Below, one piece after another: positions 1 to 12,340 of a stretch of DNA of 64,000 bases. Every line of letters begins with the position of its first letter. Position 1 is the stretch's first letter. The notes beneath the pieces are model-generated. The model had not been told where the DNA came from, searched no databases, and was given only the letters and a program-made list of their open reading frames with translations. A program made the translations under genes and the position numbers. Source of the stretch: Anthoceros angustus (lineage: Eukaryota > Plantae > Anthocerotophyta); the NCBI GenBank assembly GCA_010909165.1, contig VJWM01000305.1, positions 33,411-97,410 on the forward strand, in the 5' to 3' direction.

Positions 1-2029
1 GTTAAACTTGGTGAAACCAAGGCGATGTCTCCTCTGTCATCAAGTTGACTCCGAACCCGAATCTAATGGCACATTAGGCACCAAGCACCTGCAATCTCAA
101 TTTCAATCTCTGGCTCCCAAATCAACAAGTTCAACCACATTTACCTCCACCGGCCTCCTTCGTCCCCATGGGTTGGGGATCCCCTAATCGCTTCCTTCAC
201 AATTTTGCGGGATCTTGGACTCACATAAACAATTGTCTCAAGTTGACCACAAATTCTCGGTCAAGCAATGCATCGTGGCGGAGATCTTGTCGCAATGTTT
301 CCTCCCGTTTGCAGCCACGATGCTGGTCGGCTCCGACCTTATTGGTAAACTCCTCACACTCTTGGTCCCTTGGTGGGACTCCATGATCGTGGATTGTCAA
401 TTTCAGCTCAGCCTCTTCTTCCATCTTCGCATGTTGGGTGAGCCTCCTTAGCTCATCCTCCAACATTTCCGCCACTTCCTTCGATGTGGAAACACCCTTC
501 CTCCCCTCTTCCGCTTGTGGTGGGTCACTCCCTCCTCCTACCATGGTAGGTTCGCCTCCTACCACGTGGCGTTCCTCCTACCATGGTAGGAGCATCTCCT
601 ACCATGGTAGGCGTCTTATGGACCTCTTCATTTCCTCCTCCTCTACCAAATTCCGACCCCACGAGTCTCTGAGGCCAAGGTGAGTCGTCCCTCACCTTCC
701 TTTTCTTCCGTTCCTCTCGTTCACGGCGCTTTCCGGATTTTCGGTCTTTCTCTCGTCGGATCTACATAAGTCCCTTGCTGCTATTCCGATCCTTCGTCGG
801 AAATCGCGATCATAGGCTCTACCCTTCCGAGGCTACTCCTTCTCTATGTGCCTCGTCCTCGACTCCTCCTCTGACACCATCTACTTGTAGGCGGTGTACA
901 CCAACTTTGTGCCACCTCAGCGGGGTCCTCGGTAAGCTCGGTCACCGCCCGAAGAGCTCACCCCCGTACTACCCGAGGTGTACCCATCGGACTGAAGCGC
1001 GGACTCCCCTTCATAGGGTGCCTTGCTCCATGACACAAAAGCGACCTCAGCAGGCCCTACCCTACATGACTTAAATGTAATGCCGCTGCGACCGAAATCA
1101 AAGACACAAGCAGTACCATACAACCAAGGCCTGCCTATCAAAACCTTGTAGCCTAGATCTGACACTGGCCTCATGACAATGTAGGTAAGATGGAATGTGA
1201 GACCACCAATCACGGTTGGCACATTTCGGCACCCCAAAGGTTTCCTCCTTGTTTGATCGCCATCCTCAAGAACACTCGGATTGGGTTAAACTTGGTGAAA
1301 CCAAGGCGATGTCTCCTCTGTCATCAAGTTGACTCGAACCGAATCTAATGGCACATTAGGCACCAAGCACCTGCAATCTCAATTTCAATCTCTGGCTCCC
1401 AAATCAACAAGTTCAACCACATTTACCTCCACCGGCCTCCTTCGTCCCCATGGGTTCGATCCCCTAATCGCTTCCTTCACAATTTTGCGGGATCTTGGAC
1501 TCACATAAACAATTGTCTCAAGTGACCACAAATTCTCGGTCAAGCAATGCATCGTGGCGGAGATCTTGTCGCAATGTTTCCTCCCGTTTGCAGCCACGAT
1601 GCTGGTCGGCTCCGACCTTATTGGTAAACTCCTCACACTCTTGGTCCCTTGATTTGGGGACTCCATGATCGGATTGTCAATTTCAGCTCAGCCTCTTCTT
1701 CCATCTTCGCATGTTGGGTGAGCCTCCTTAGCTCATCCTCCAACATTTCTGCCACTTCCTTCGATGTGGAAACACCCTTCCTCCCCTCTTCCGCTTGTGG
1801 GTGGTCCTCCCTCCCTCCTACCATGGTAGGTTCGCCTCCTACCACGTGGCGTTCCTCCTACCATGGTAGGAGCATCTCACGGTGGCGTCTTATGGACCTC
1901 TTCATTTCCTCCTCCTCTACCAAATTCCGACCCCACGAGTCTCTGAGGCCAAGGTGAGTCGTCCCTCACCTTCCTTTTCTTCCGTTCCTCTCGTTCACGG
2001 CGCTTTCCGGATTTTCGGTCTTTCTCTCG
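1..2029. repeat. Tandem duplication, period about 1285 bp (1-755 repeated at 1286-2029), covering the protease region
   Basis: Near-identical sequence starting gttaaacttggtgaaaccaagg at 1 and 1286; differences are mostly 1-bp indels. Confidence 0.9.
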
Positions 2030-2555
2030 GCGCTCAGATCTGGTGGTAACTTTGGCCACCAACAGCCCTTCGTGCACTCATCTCTCCTTCATACCCTTCT
2101 TCTACAATCCACAGATACCTGGATTCATCAAAATCAATTCGCTTCCACCTTCAAAACCGGCGTTGTGGTCACCGTGATTGCGGTTTCGGGGTTGGACGGC
2201 GTTCCTTCCGCTGCAGCTCATGAACCTCACCCACAGGCGTCTTGAGGCTACCCTTGCTACTCCACGAACACCTTGGGTCACCAACCTTGTGCCCCAACTC
2301 CTTGCATACTTGACAAAAGGTACATAACCCATTTGTTTAGGTTACGGGCATTCATTGAATAATGACCAGGTGTCCCACAATTATATGACACCGGTGGAAT
2401 TGCCATTGGCCTTTGTGGCTCCGGTCTCCATGGTCCGGTGAGGTAGGCGTGACCCATACCTCACAAGAACTGTGTTGCGGGTTGGTAAGTCGCCCTCATC
2501 GATTGAGGCGGGCGACTTCCAGTGACTGCCTGCACTTGGTAAGCCTCATCCACTT
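1..2555 (-). mobile_element. Ty3/Gypsy gag (two Zn knuckles) plus aspartic protease fragment, frameshifted
   Basis: Minus strand, allowing for indels: CYNCGTPGHYSNECP and FCQVCKELGHKVGDPRC (about 2240-2395); retropepsin VPLDSGSGVNLMTEE (about 30-75 and 1315-1355); LIGRPWL...YEGE in ORF 917-1237. Confidence 0.8.
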
Positions 2556-2713
2556 GGAATTGCTCTCCTCGAGAGGACGAATGGAGGAAAGAGGACGGCC
2601 CTCTCCGAAATTCCGCAGGAGCTCCTCGACATGATGGACGGAGGAGTGAAGGCCCATGCCAAGAATGGCTGGAAAACGGATAGCATCAAGGAGTTGAAGT
2701 GGAGGCTCTTTGC

Positions 2714-2862
2714 TGTTTATTTTGCGAGGAGCGAAAAACAGACTTTGTAAAAGAGATTAAACAAAAATGTGTGTTTTACAAATACATATGGCCTCACTAT
2801 ATATGCAACTCAATAACGGTTCATATGATCAACCTAACTAGCGCACCCTTTCATATTTAACA
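2714..2862 (-). repeat. 3' LTR of Copia-1
   Basis: Matches 8645-8793 apart from one substitution and three small indels. Confidence 0.95.
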
Positions 2863-3599
2863 CTCCCTCTAAAGGTAAGCTAGGTTAGGTTAAACGCTCA
2901 CACCGCTCGAATACGTTACGCCGACTTCACGCTGTACCAAAGACGCCGAGCCTAGCGTAAACTCCGCCGCCATAAGAATCCTCGGACCATCCTCTTCACC
3001 ATTTCACTCAAGTTCGTTTGCGTCTTCATCCTCGAGCACGCCCACGCAGTAAATCAAAAACATGAGGACTCGAAGGGAACGAGCTACGAGTGCTCAAGTG
3101 TATCGAGAGAAGGAAAGAGGAAGGATAATCCATGAGAAGGATTCACCGGCTCGTCACCACTGGGGACACCATGTCCCACATGGTACTGGTACAATGCTTC
3201 ACGCCTAAAACATGGTCCTTTGTCGGGTCGGGAGGCGAGAATGGACGGAGAGCAACAACGGGATGCGCTACTCCATACATGCGGCCCCAATATTACGCCA
3301 AGCTAAAGCGACCATGGAAAGAATAACAGTGGAGCTTATCAAGTGAAGCAGGACACCACCGGGTGATCAAGGCGGGATGTGAAGCCCGCTATATGAGAGA
3401 AGTATCGCGTTGCCAGGAGATTAGGTCTTAAGGTAAGCTTCATCCTCCACGCAAGGCTGTCCATCTCCCTTGTTTTCATTTCACTAACAGGAAAATGTGT
3501 GAAGTGTCAGCAGCTCCTGTGTTCCTCCAAGGAAGACTGAGAACACAACACAATTCCCAAGGGAAACTCCGGTTTCCCACCCCACCCCACAACAGATAA

Positions 3600-5062
3600 G
3601 TTATCCGAAATACTTGGTATAGTCACCAGGCCTAGCCACGAAGATCTTTGGTAGTGTTTATGCTTTGCCAATCCTTCGCTAGCACGTCGCGACGTTAGAA
3701 TCTGTGCACATAACCCACCTTCACGACTCCACGCTCCACTACATCTCTAATGTAGTGATGTTGAATTTCTATATGCTTAGTGCGGGCGTGAAAGCGTGGA
3801 TTAGCGACAAGGGCTAAGGCGACATGTTATCACACATGATGGGGTAGGTGTCTGCTGAGTGCAGTCTAAGTCATGAAGGAAGGTCCTTTCCCATTCAGCC
3901 TCCTTTGAAGCATCATCAATGATTTGTACGCATACATGGAAGACAGGCTATGGAAGATTGCTTTTACGACCAATTCACGCGGAAGATAACAGAAGCAATA
4001 TGTGGAGAGCTTTTCTCGAATCACCGCCCGCCCGTGATGAACCCCTAAGGGTGAGTTTTTGTCGTCCTTCGATAGAAGAGTCCATAATTGTGGGTTCCTT
4101 TGAGATAGCGGAAAATCCGCCGAGCCAATGTGTTCTTCTGGATTCTCGAAATTGTGATACCGTGCTTACAGATCTGGATATCGGCCTTGTCGATTCGCTA
4201 AGAAGATTAGGTCGCCAATGCATGTCGAGGGACATCCTTCATGTCCTTAAGTTCTTCACAGGATTGAGGGCCTCAAGAGGTGTAAGTTTCACGCCCATAG
4301 CGAAAGGGTAGTTGAGGGTCTAGCCGTCAAGTTTGAACTTGCGCAGAATATCATTGATGTACTTATCTTTGGTGAACTATCGAGCCCTTCCTCTCGTACC
4401 CTTAAGATTTGAACTCCCAAACAGTATTTAAGTTCTCCGATGTCTTTCATCTCGAACTTTGTACTTAGCTTATGTTTAACATCAGCTAACAGAGTGTTAC
4501 TGTTTGTGGCAAGAATGACATCGTCAACATATAGGGCTAATATGACGAAGCCGCTTCCTTGACTGAGTCGGTAAACATTAGAGTCTGCTGTGCTTTGGAC
4601 TAAGGATATACTGAGCAGGTAAACATGCATAGTGATATACCAAATTCGGCCACTTTGTTTTAGTCCATATATACACTTGAGCAATTTGAGCACTTTGGTG
4701 GGATGTTCAGGATCTTCATATCCTTCAGGCTGTGCCATATACAGGTCTTCATCAAGGTCACCATAGAGGAAGGCCGTGCACACATCCATTTGCTGTAAGT
4801 CAAGGTTCAACTCTGCTGCCAGAGCCAGCAGTATGCGAATGGATTGTGCTCGAACAACTGGTGAGAATGTTTCCTGGTAATCTAGGCCCTCAACCTGGGT
4901 AAATCCTCTTGCCACCAGTCTGGCTTTGTATCTGGCAATCTCCCCTTTGGCGTTGAGTTTAAGTTTAAAAACCCACTTACAAGAGATGGCTTTGCGTCCA
5001 GGTGGGAGGTCAGCGATTTGCCAGGTCTTGTTCTTGAGCAGAGATTGGTATTCATCCTCCAC
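3600..5062 (-). pseudogene. Copia-1 reverse transcriptase and RNase H (frameshifted)
   Basis: ORF 4289-5062 has KARLVARGFTQVEGLDYQETFSPV, QMDVCTAFLYG and LYVDDV; RFHARTKHIEIQHHYIRD at about 3730-3800. Confidence 0.9.
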
Positions 5063-5429
5063 TGCTGCCTGCCACTTGGAGCAATCTGGGCCACGGAGGG
5101 CTTCCTTGTATGATAGGGGTTCCTCGGCAGGGAGGATATTCTGTATAGCACCAAAAACTGCCGAAGATGTTCGAAAATCGACGGATTGATAATAGGGTTC
5201 TAACCATCGTCCGAGGTGCCTATGGCGTGTGGAGCGTCGTGGGGTGGTTCAGAGGAATCAAGTTCGAATCTGAACGGGTGACATCCTCCTCATCAGGTCG
5301 GTGGGATATCCTCCTCATCACCGAATTTGAACTATCATTTGCGTGAGATCATCTGCTGGTTCACCGGGTCTCTGTAGGGTGAGGGGCAACAATGGGGAGC
5401 CTCAGAGTCATCTACATGCGGATGGAAGG

Positions 5430-7690
5430 TTAGAGGTTCTTCGCCATCCGTAGGGAAGGTGACAGTATCAAGCTTTCATTTGCATCTACTCCCTCTAAAG
5501 GGTTAGAGGGTGTGGGGTTGGTAGTCAGTGTGTGCAAAGGTTCTACGAAGGTGACACTGCGGGCAAGGACTAATGATTGAGTGTCAGGGTCATAGAGTTT
5601 GTACGCTTTCACATGTTCACTGTACCCCACAAAAAGTAGACGTTGAGCTCGGTCCTCTAACTTCTTGCGTTTTTCTGCAGGAATATAGGCGAAGGCCTTG
5701 GATCCAAATACTCGGAGGTGGAGCAAACTAGGCTTTCGATGCCAGAAAACCTCATAAGGAGTTTGTCCGGATGTAGTAAGTATCCTCATATATACGTGGC
5801 GTAACCACTCCGCCCAATACTCTTGAGGTAAGTTGGCATGCGTAGCATACTCTGGTCATTCCAAGTAGCGTCGATTTTTCGTTCAGCAACTGCTCGTTGT
5901 CGAGTGTATGGAACAATAAGTTGTCTTTGAATGCCTGTTCTTGAAGGTAATCATCAAAGGCATTGTTGACAAATTCTGTCCCATTATCACTGCGTAGGAC
6001 TTTAAGTAGGCATCCAGATTGTCTTTGTGCAAGTGGGAGCCACTGCTTAAAGTGCATGAGAGTGTCGCTTTTCAGGTGCATGGGAAAGGTCCAGAGTACC
6101 GACTAAAGTCGTCTGTGAGAGTTAGATAGTACTGTGCTCCACCTAGAGATGGCTCGTGGATCTTTCCAGAGATATCAGCATGCACAAGTGCAAGGCGATC
6201 TTGCTCTATGTGCGCTTTTGGGGAATGGTAGCTCTTCCGCTTGGCAAGGATGCACGACTCACGATGGGAAGATCCTAAAACAAGCGGTAGGGGTTCTCTG
6301 TGGCAACCTATGCGTGACATGTCAATAAGTTTATGCCTGTTAGCGTGTCCTAGCCGTATGCGCTACAGAGATGCTAAGCGAATATTGACGAAAGCGAAGA
6401 ATGACTTACGGGATGAGGAGAACACTAACTCAGTACAAGTCATGGTCGAGGATACCTCTAAATGCACATGCGCCAAAGAATTCTTCGTAGCAGCAGCATC
6501 ATCAGCGACACGTATCTCATACGTTCGAAGCTGCATGATTTTGCTCATTGACAGAAGATTCTTGGCCATTTCAGGTACAAATAGAACTCCATCGATCTTC
6601 AAAGTTGTGTTGTCGTCGAGAATGAAGGTACATTGCCCATGTCCTTCAACTTTAAGGCTAGTGTCACTCCTTTCATCACCAAGCAGGACTTTATCCTTCA
6701 TTCTGCAAATTGTTAAACTAGAAAATAAATTCTTGTTGTTGCAGATATGAGCAGTGGCTCCTGAGTCCAAGAACCAATCATCACTGGCGTGTGATGAAGT
6801 TGTCATACAGACAGTGAGGATCTTCACTGTAGCCTTAGAGTTTTCTCCTTTCTCTTTGACAACAACATGTGCTGACGGTCTTGTGGATTGTGGTCGTTGT
6901 GGCTCACCGCCTTTCTTCTTGCGGCACTCACGTGCCCAATGTCCATGACACCACACGATGCTCGTCCGGCACTGAGAAAGATGGGGCACCATCGACCCGA
7001 CCACCAGTGTCCTACCTTCGATTTCTTAAACCGAGTGAAGCACCTTGTCGGTTTGTTTCTAGATCCACGGCTAATAAGCGTCCTTGCTCTTCCGAAAAGG
7101 GCACCAATAACTTCTTCAAGCTTAATGGTGAGGGTTAGGGGAGGATGCCGGTGAGCAATGGATGGGTCCATTTGTGTGGAGATAAAATTTTGGTAGGAGG
7201 AGGCTGCTCAATAGTTGAGCAACGCCTCTACCTCGTCCATCTTGCAGCCAAGGGCAACTATTTGAGCTCTCTATGGCGGAACTTGGTGACATGAGATGCC
7301 ACTTTGTCTCCCTCCCTCATACGCAGCCCATAGAATTCTGGCACATAGGGTAAGAATATTACCCGATGTGGCTGCAAGTTGATTCCAAATCTCCGAAGCG
7401 GTGAGATACTGACATCGCACGAGGTCGATCCGTGCCTCCAATAAGTAGAGCAAGTGCTATTGAATTCGATTGGTCCCACTTTTGGATGTCATTAAGCGAA
7501 GGAGGCGAGGAGTCGTGGTCGTTTCTTAAGTGTAGCATCGACTACGCTCCGGACACCTCAGCAACTGAGTGGACTTCATTCGAACTTTCCGGACTTGGTA
7601 TCTTGTTCCATTGAACGATCCTTTCTTTGAGTTCGAGGTAAAGGATGGTCCTGCAAGATTATGAGGCATCCGAGCGAAGCCATAGGCGAG
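5430..7690 (-). pseudogene. Copia-1 gag (DUF4219/UBN2-like), protease and integrase (frameshifted)
   Basis: FNGTRYQV.KVRM near 7600; WFLDSGATAHIC in ORF 6363-7004; LVHADISG, LRSDNGTEF and LRVFGSKAFAY motifs. Confidence 0.9.
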
Positions 7691-8644
7691 GTGGTATCGC
7701 CGGATCAGAAGTTGAGACGACCAAGTTGTTGTGTCGATTGATCTATAGACGCTACATGCGTAATGTGACCTTCCTTAAGTTATGACTCGTGGAAGAGAAA
7801 ACATTAATTACAATGTTACCGTGCTGATTGACTTTCCTTGCAGGACTTCTAACTAAACCGTCGCGTATCCAGATTGTGTGAAGAGGCGCGACCGGTGGGT
7901 TCTGGATCCTGAGGTCCTGAGATGCGAAAGGGGATCGACGCTACAACTTGATGACTGCTCGAGTGACATGGAGGATGCCAGGCGACGCTTCATCAAGATT
8001 GGTGACGCTCCCAGCCTGTCGGCGCCTCCCGCCGCCGCTGGAAATGGTCAAGATGCAATCACCGGGAGAGATTGCTTGATTTCTCCTCCTTGGCGCCCAA
8101 GCTCAATCTTTTTCATGAGATCAACCACTTCATTGATCGGTATTTGATTGAGCTTGCCGCCGTGATTGCTCGTCCCCGAGTTATCAAGGTGATCGACGTC
8201 TTTATTTCTTCCTGATTCGACAGCACTTCAGATAAGGATCTCTCGACCCTAGTGACGCTTGCTAATAGTATGGCTACGGCGTCTTGATTTCCCTTGTCAC
8301 TGGGTGCAGGACAATTGCATGGTAGTTCTGGACGGGAGGCGCCGTGAGGGTTTGTTGATCGGTGATAGAACAAATCAGGGTTCTGACCCCTCTTGGCGCA
8401 TCTTTCTCTGTACAGATTGTCAACCATGTGATTCTGTAAAGTATGGACGTGATCTGGTCCCGAAAGCAAAGAAAAGTCCTTGACCCGGATGTAGGGTAAT
8501 TCTGTTCATAGAGGTCTAGAATAGTTTCTAGGCGCATCGGTGGAGGAGAAATTCCTCCACACAGTGCGGCCGCCTTCTATACCACCACCTCGCGGGCTTC
8601 CGCGACTCGGCATCATTCGGGAGATAGAATGGGGTTCGATACCA

Positions 8645-8793
8645 TGTTTATTTTGAGGAGCTAAAAAACAGACTTTGTAAAGAGATTAAACAAAAATGTG
8701 TGTTTTACAAATACATATGGCCTCACTATATATGCAACTCAATAACGGTTCATATGATCAACCCTAACTAGCCGCACCCTTTCATATTTAACA
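8645..8793 (-). repeat. 5' LTR of Copia-1
   Basis: TG...CA ends, adjacent PBS, flanked by the TSD. Confidence 0.95.
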
Positions 8794-8805
8794 TTTGCGA
8801 AGATT

Positions 8806-9297
8806 GTGCTAGGGTTGGTAAATTACCAAAGGACTTCTTATTTCAGCACCAACTTCCTGCAATTTTTGTGGAAGATTTCGAGAGGAGCCAAGCCAGATTG
8901 GGGCACCATCATGTATGAGGCCTACATCCACCACCGGGAGAAGCTCCTCAAGCCAAATTCGGTGGATGAGGAAGGGCCAAGGCCCTGCTACCTTAGCACC
9001 TATTTGGTGCATTTGTGGGAAACGGAGGGACTTCTCACAAGCAAGGAGTTGGAAGATGCTTGGCATCCTTCGGAGATAATTCATCTCCAGCCAAGCTTGG
9101 AAAGGCCCTTGCCTTTTGCATTGAGGAAGACAGTGGGAGGTCAGACCTCCACAAGCATGCTAGGAGCAAGGGCGGAGGATGTAGAGGCAACAAGGTTGCC
9201 GAGTCTTTTCCCCACGAGGCAAGGGAGGAGAGGAACAGGAACCGCCGAGGAAGGCCGAATGGTAGTCTATGAGAGGAGGACTACCACAGAGGGGTGA
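8806..9297 (+). CDS. ORF X copy 1 (C-terminal core), unknown retroelement accessory protein
   Basis: LGLVNYQRTSYFSTNFLQFLWKISRGAKPDWGTIMYEAY...YLSTYLVHLW; continuous with 2556-2713 across the Copia-1 insertion. Confidence 0.65.
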   Translation: MLGLVNYQRTSYFSTNFLQFLWKISRGAKPDWGTIMYEAYIHHREKLLKPNSVDEEGPRPCYLSTYLVHLWETEGLLTSKELEDAWHPSEIIHLQPSLERPLPFALRKTVGGQTSTSMLGARAEDVEATRLPSLFPTRQGRRGTGTAEEGRMVVYERRTTTEG

Positions 9298-11237
9298 TAC
9301 CCCAAGGTGGGAGTCCCACCATCTCATTTGTGCCTAGCAGAGAGGCACCCACCTACCCTAGAGGCACACCCAAGAGGGTGGGCATCCGTGTAGGCGCCAC
9401 CTACCACAGGGGGAGCACCTCACCGCTGTAGGCAAGCACCCTACCGGGTAGGGTGCAGCCCACAGGGTAGGGAAGGGAAAGAGGCACACAGCAGGCGCCA
9501 CTACCCACGCTTGGAGGAAGGCGGTGGGAGGTCGGACCTCCACAAGCATGCTAGGAGCAAGGGAGCTGGAGATTTAAGAGGCCAACAGGAATTGGGCCCT
9601 GAGAGGCCGAGTGCTTGTGAGCACTCGGCCGTGTGGATTTGAAGGGGCTAGGGAACTAGCAGCCTCCTTGTGGGCATGTCAGTCAAAGCCGGGAGATGAC
9701 GAGAAAGCAGGGACTAAATGGCAATTGGAAGCTATGGAGTCCGACGAAGGCACCAAGCCGGAGAAGGTCGGGAGAAGCTCCAGGGATCTCGTGGACCATG
9801 GAGAGAGAAGGTCCTAGAGGGAGGTTGTCGCGGGAAGAAGCCATTCGGGCAACAACCCAGCAGGATTCGTGGAGGCATATGGAGGAGCATTTTGCCCAGA
9901 GCAGAGAAAGGGCAAAACGGAGGCTCTAGGAAGGGAAGGTGGCGGTCCAACAAATGGACGAGAGTGATACTACCAAGCCATCAAAATCCGGACATGGAAG
10001 GAAGAATTGAGAAGAACCTACAAGGAGGAAAAGCGAGTTGGAGGCTCAAGACCCAGAATGCAAGAGTTGGAGGCGAAAAGGGTGCTTGGCAAGGGAGGAG
10101 AGGAGACTTGAGCAAAGGAAATTTGGAGCAAGGAGGTTCCAAGAAGAGGAGTACCACAAGAAAGTGGTACACAGGATGCTGGTGGTGAGGAAGAGGAGAT
10201 TTTGGGCAGATTACGCCCTTCAGGCAAAGATGGCCAACCAGCTGAAAGAAGCAAGGGAGGAGAATGTGACCCTCCATGTCAAGGTGGGAGAATTAACCAC
10301 CGCAAGGGATGCCTACAAGGGTAGGTGTGAGGATGGAGAGTGGCCCACAGAGATTGATGATCTCCAAATGCAGTATCATAGCTTGGGGGCTCATCTCCAC
10401 AACAGGATTTTAAAGGCCAACAATGAAGTCTTGCATTTGGCCAAGAGAAGGACATTAGGTCCTCATGATGATGACAGAAGGATGCAGAGTGCAGCTGGAG
10501 GCCTCCGACTTTGATGAGGCCAAGACATGGACTAGGAACTTAAAAGTTTGGGCAACCAGCCCAAAAGAGCTCAAGACGAACAAGTTTGATTTTTTTTGGC
10601 TAAGAACGATTGAAGAGGAGCATGCCAAGAAATTTTGAGAATCTTGAAGTCGGAGTTGTAGGATATTGTTAGGAAGGCGAAGAGGATATCCCAGAGGAAG
10701 AGGAAGAAGCGGGTCAAAATGACTTGAGCGAGTGAGGGCGCCCAAAGGGCGGTTGCATCACCGCCCGTAGGGTCGCCACACCACGCCGGTAGGTCGAGAA
10801 GGGCATCACCGGGTAGGTCAAGGCCTCGCTAAAGGAAATTTAGAATAGAGGGGATATCCACTATATATGCTCACCAATAGGGAATAAATATATAGAGTAA
10901 TTAGAAGCGATTAATTAGGATAGCGAGATAGGAAAATAGGTAGAATTAGGATTTTGGAATGATGAATCCAATCTAGGGTTGTGCAGTGGCGTATATCCAA
11001 AGGAGGCAAAGTGCGCTGACCGCTTCCTCCACAAAATGCTAGAAGCAAGAGGAGAAGGCCGATGGTGGTCTATGAGAGAAGGAAGGAAGGAAGGCCATCG
11101 CCATCCGCCATCGCCGAGCAAGCCGGGAGGAAGGAGCCGCGGCGCCCATCGAGAAAGACCGCGAGAAGAGGAGACCGTGGAAGGAAGAGGAAGAGGAAGA
11201 GCAAGCAAGGGAAGGAGCTCACCACGCGCCCAACCAC

Positions 11238-11286
11238 GGAAGAGGAAGAGGAAGAGGAAGAGGAAGAGGAAGAGGAAGAGGAAGAG
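11238..11286 (+). repeat. (GGAAGA)8 microsatellite encoding poly-Glu
   Basis: Read directly from the sequence. Confidence 0.95.
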
Positions 11287-11554
11287 CGAGAATTGGTGGC
11301 GCGCCGCCCGGAAGAGGAAGGACCACGGAGAGAGGTTGCACTGAAAAATTCAAGGCTAACGTGGCCGCAGAAGTGTGTGAACAAGGAAGAGGTGTGAGGT
11401 GAAATTTTGAAGCTCTCAAATTGGAGAGTAATTTCCTTCCTTGTAGCGTTTGGGAAGGAACGCCACCATGCCTCGAGCTGGGAAAGGCAAGGGAAGGAGC
11501 CACTGCAAGGCTCCTCGCGAGGAGGAAAGAAGGAGAAATACGCCACTGTGAGGG

Positions 11555-12340
11555 TGAGGTCGAGATGCCTCAATTCACTTGCTTTGCCGGGCACCAACCC
11601 CGAGATTTGGTTGATTTTCTGCAAGGCGGAGGAGGAGAACATCCAATTGGGGTGGGTGTATGGCCGCCAATGGGCCTACACCAATTTGGAATTGATTGAG
11701 GAGTGTTACATCAACCTCCATCAGCCCGCCGCACTACGAAGGAATGCTAGAACGATCCGCTGTCGGACTTCAAGTATTCGTGTATGGAAGACCGAGGAGG
11801 AGAGCTCGAATTGCTCTCCTCGAAAGGTCGAATGGAGGAAGAGGACAGCCCTCTCGACATCCCGCAGAGTTCCTTGACATGATGGATGGAGGAGGAAGGC
11901 CCACGCCAAGAATGGGTGGAAGACCGAGAGCATCAAGGAGTCAAGTGGAGGCTCTTCGCAAAGATTGTGCTGGGGTTGGTAAATTACCAACGCACTTCTT
12001 ATTTCAAAGACCAACTTCCTCCAATTTTGTGGAAGATTTCCATGGGAGCCAAGGATTGGGGACTATCATGTATGAGCGTACATCCACCATCGAGAGAAGC
12101 TCCTCAAGCCAAATTGTGGATGAGGAAGGGCCAAGGCTCGCTACCTTAGCACCTATTTGGTGCATTTATGGGAAACCGAGGGACTCCTCACAAGCAAGGA
12201 GCTTGAAGATGCATGGCATCCCTTTGAGGTCATCCATCTCCGAGGTTGGAAAGGCCTTTGCCTTTGCATTGCGAAGACGGTGGGAGGTCGACTCCACAAG
12301 CATGCTAGAAGCAAGAGGAGAAGGTTGAGGCAACAAAGTT
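11555..12340 (+). pseudogene. ORF X copy 2 (frameshifted)
   Basis: EMPQFTCF..NPEIWLIF..AEEENIQLGWVYGRQWAYTNLELIEECYINL followed by KWRLFAKIVLGLVNYQRTSYF. Confidence 0.65.

Larger units (their letters stand above)
2714..8793 (-). mobile_element. Structurally complete Ty1/Copia element (Copia-1)
   Basis: Two 149-bp TG...CA LTRs; TTTGC TSD at 2709-2713 and 8794-8798; PBS TGGTATCGAACC (8633-8644, minus); PPT AGAGGGAG (2863-2870, minus); gag-PR-INT-RT-RH domain order. Confidence 0.95.

Noticed and set aside
537-611. CRISPR-like array of palindromic repeats
   Set aside because: Only 2-3 repeats per cluster, spacers 7-26 nt, eukaryotic retroelement context and no cas genes.
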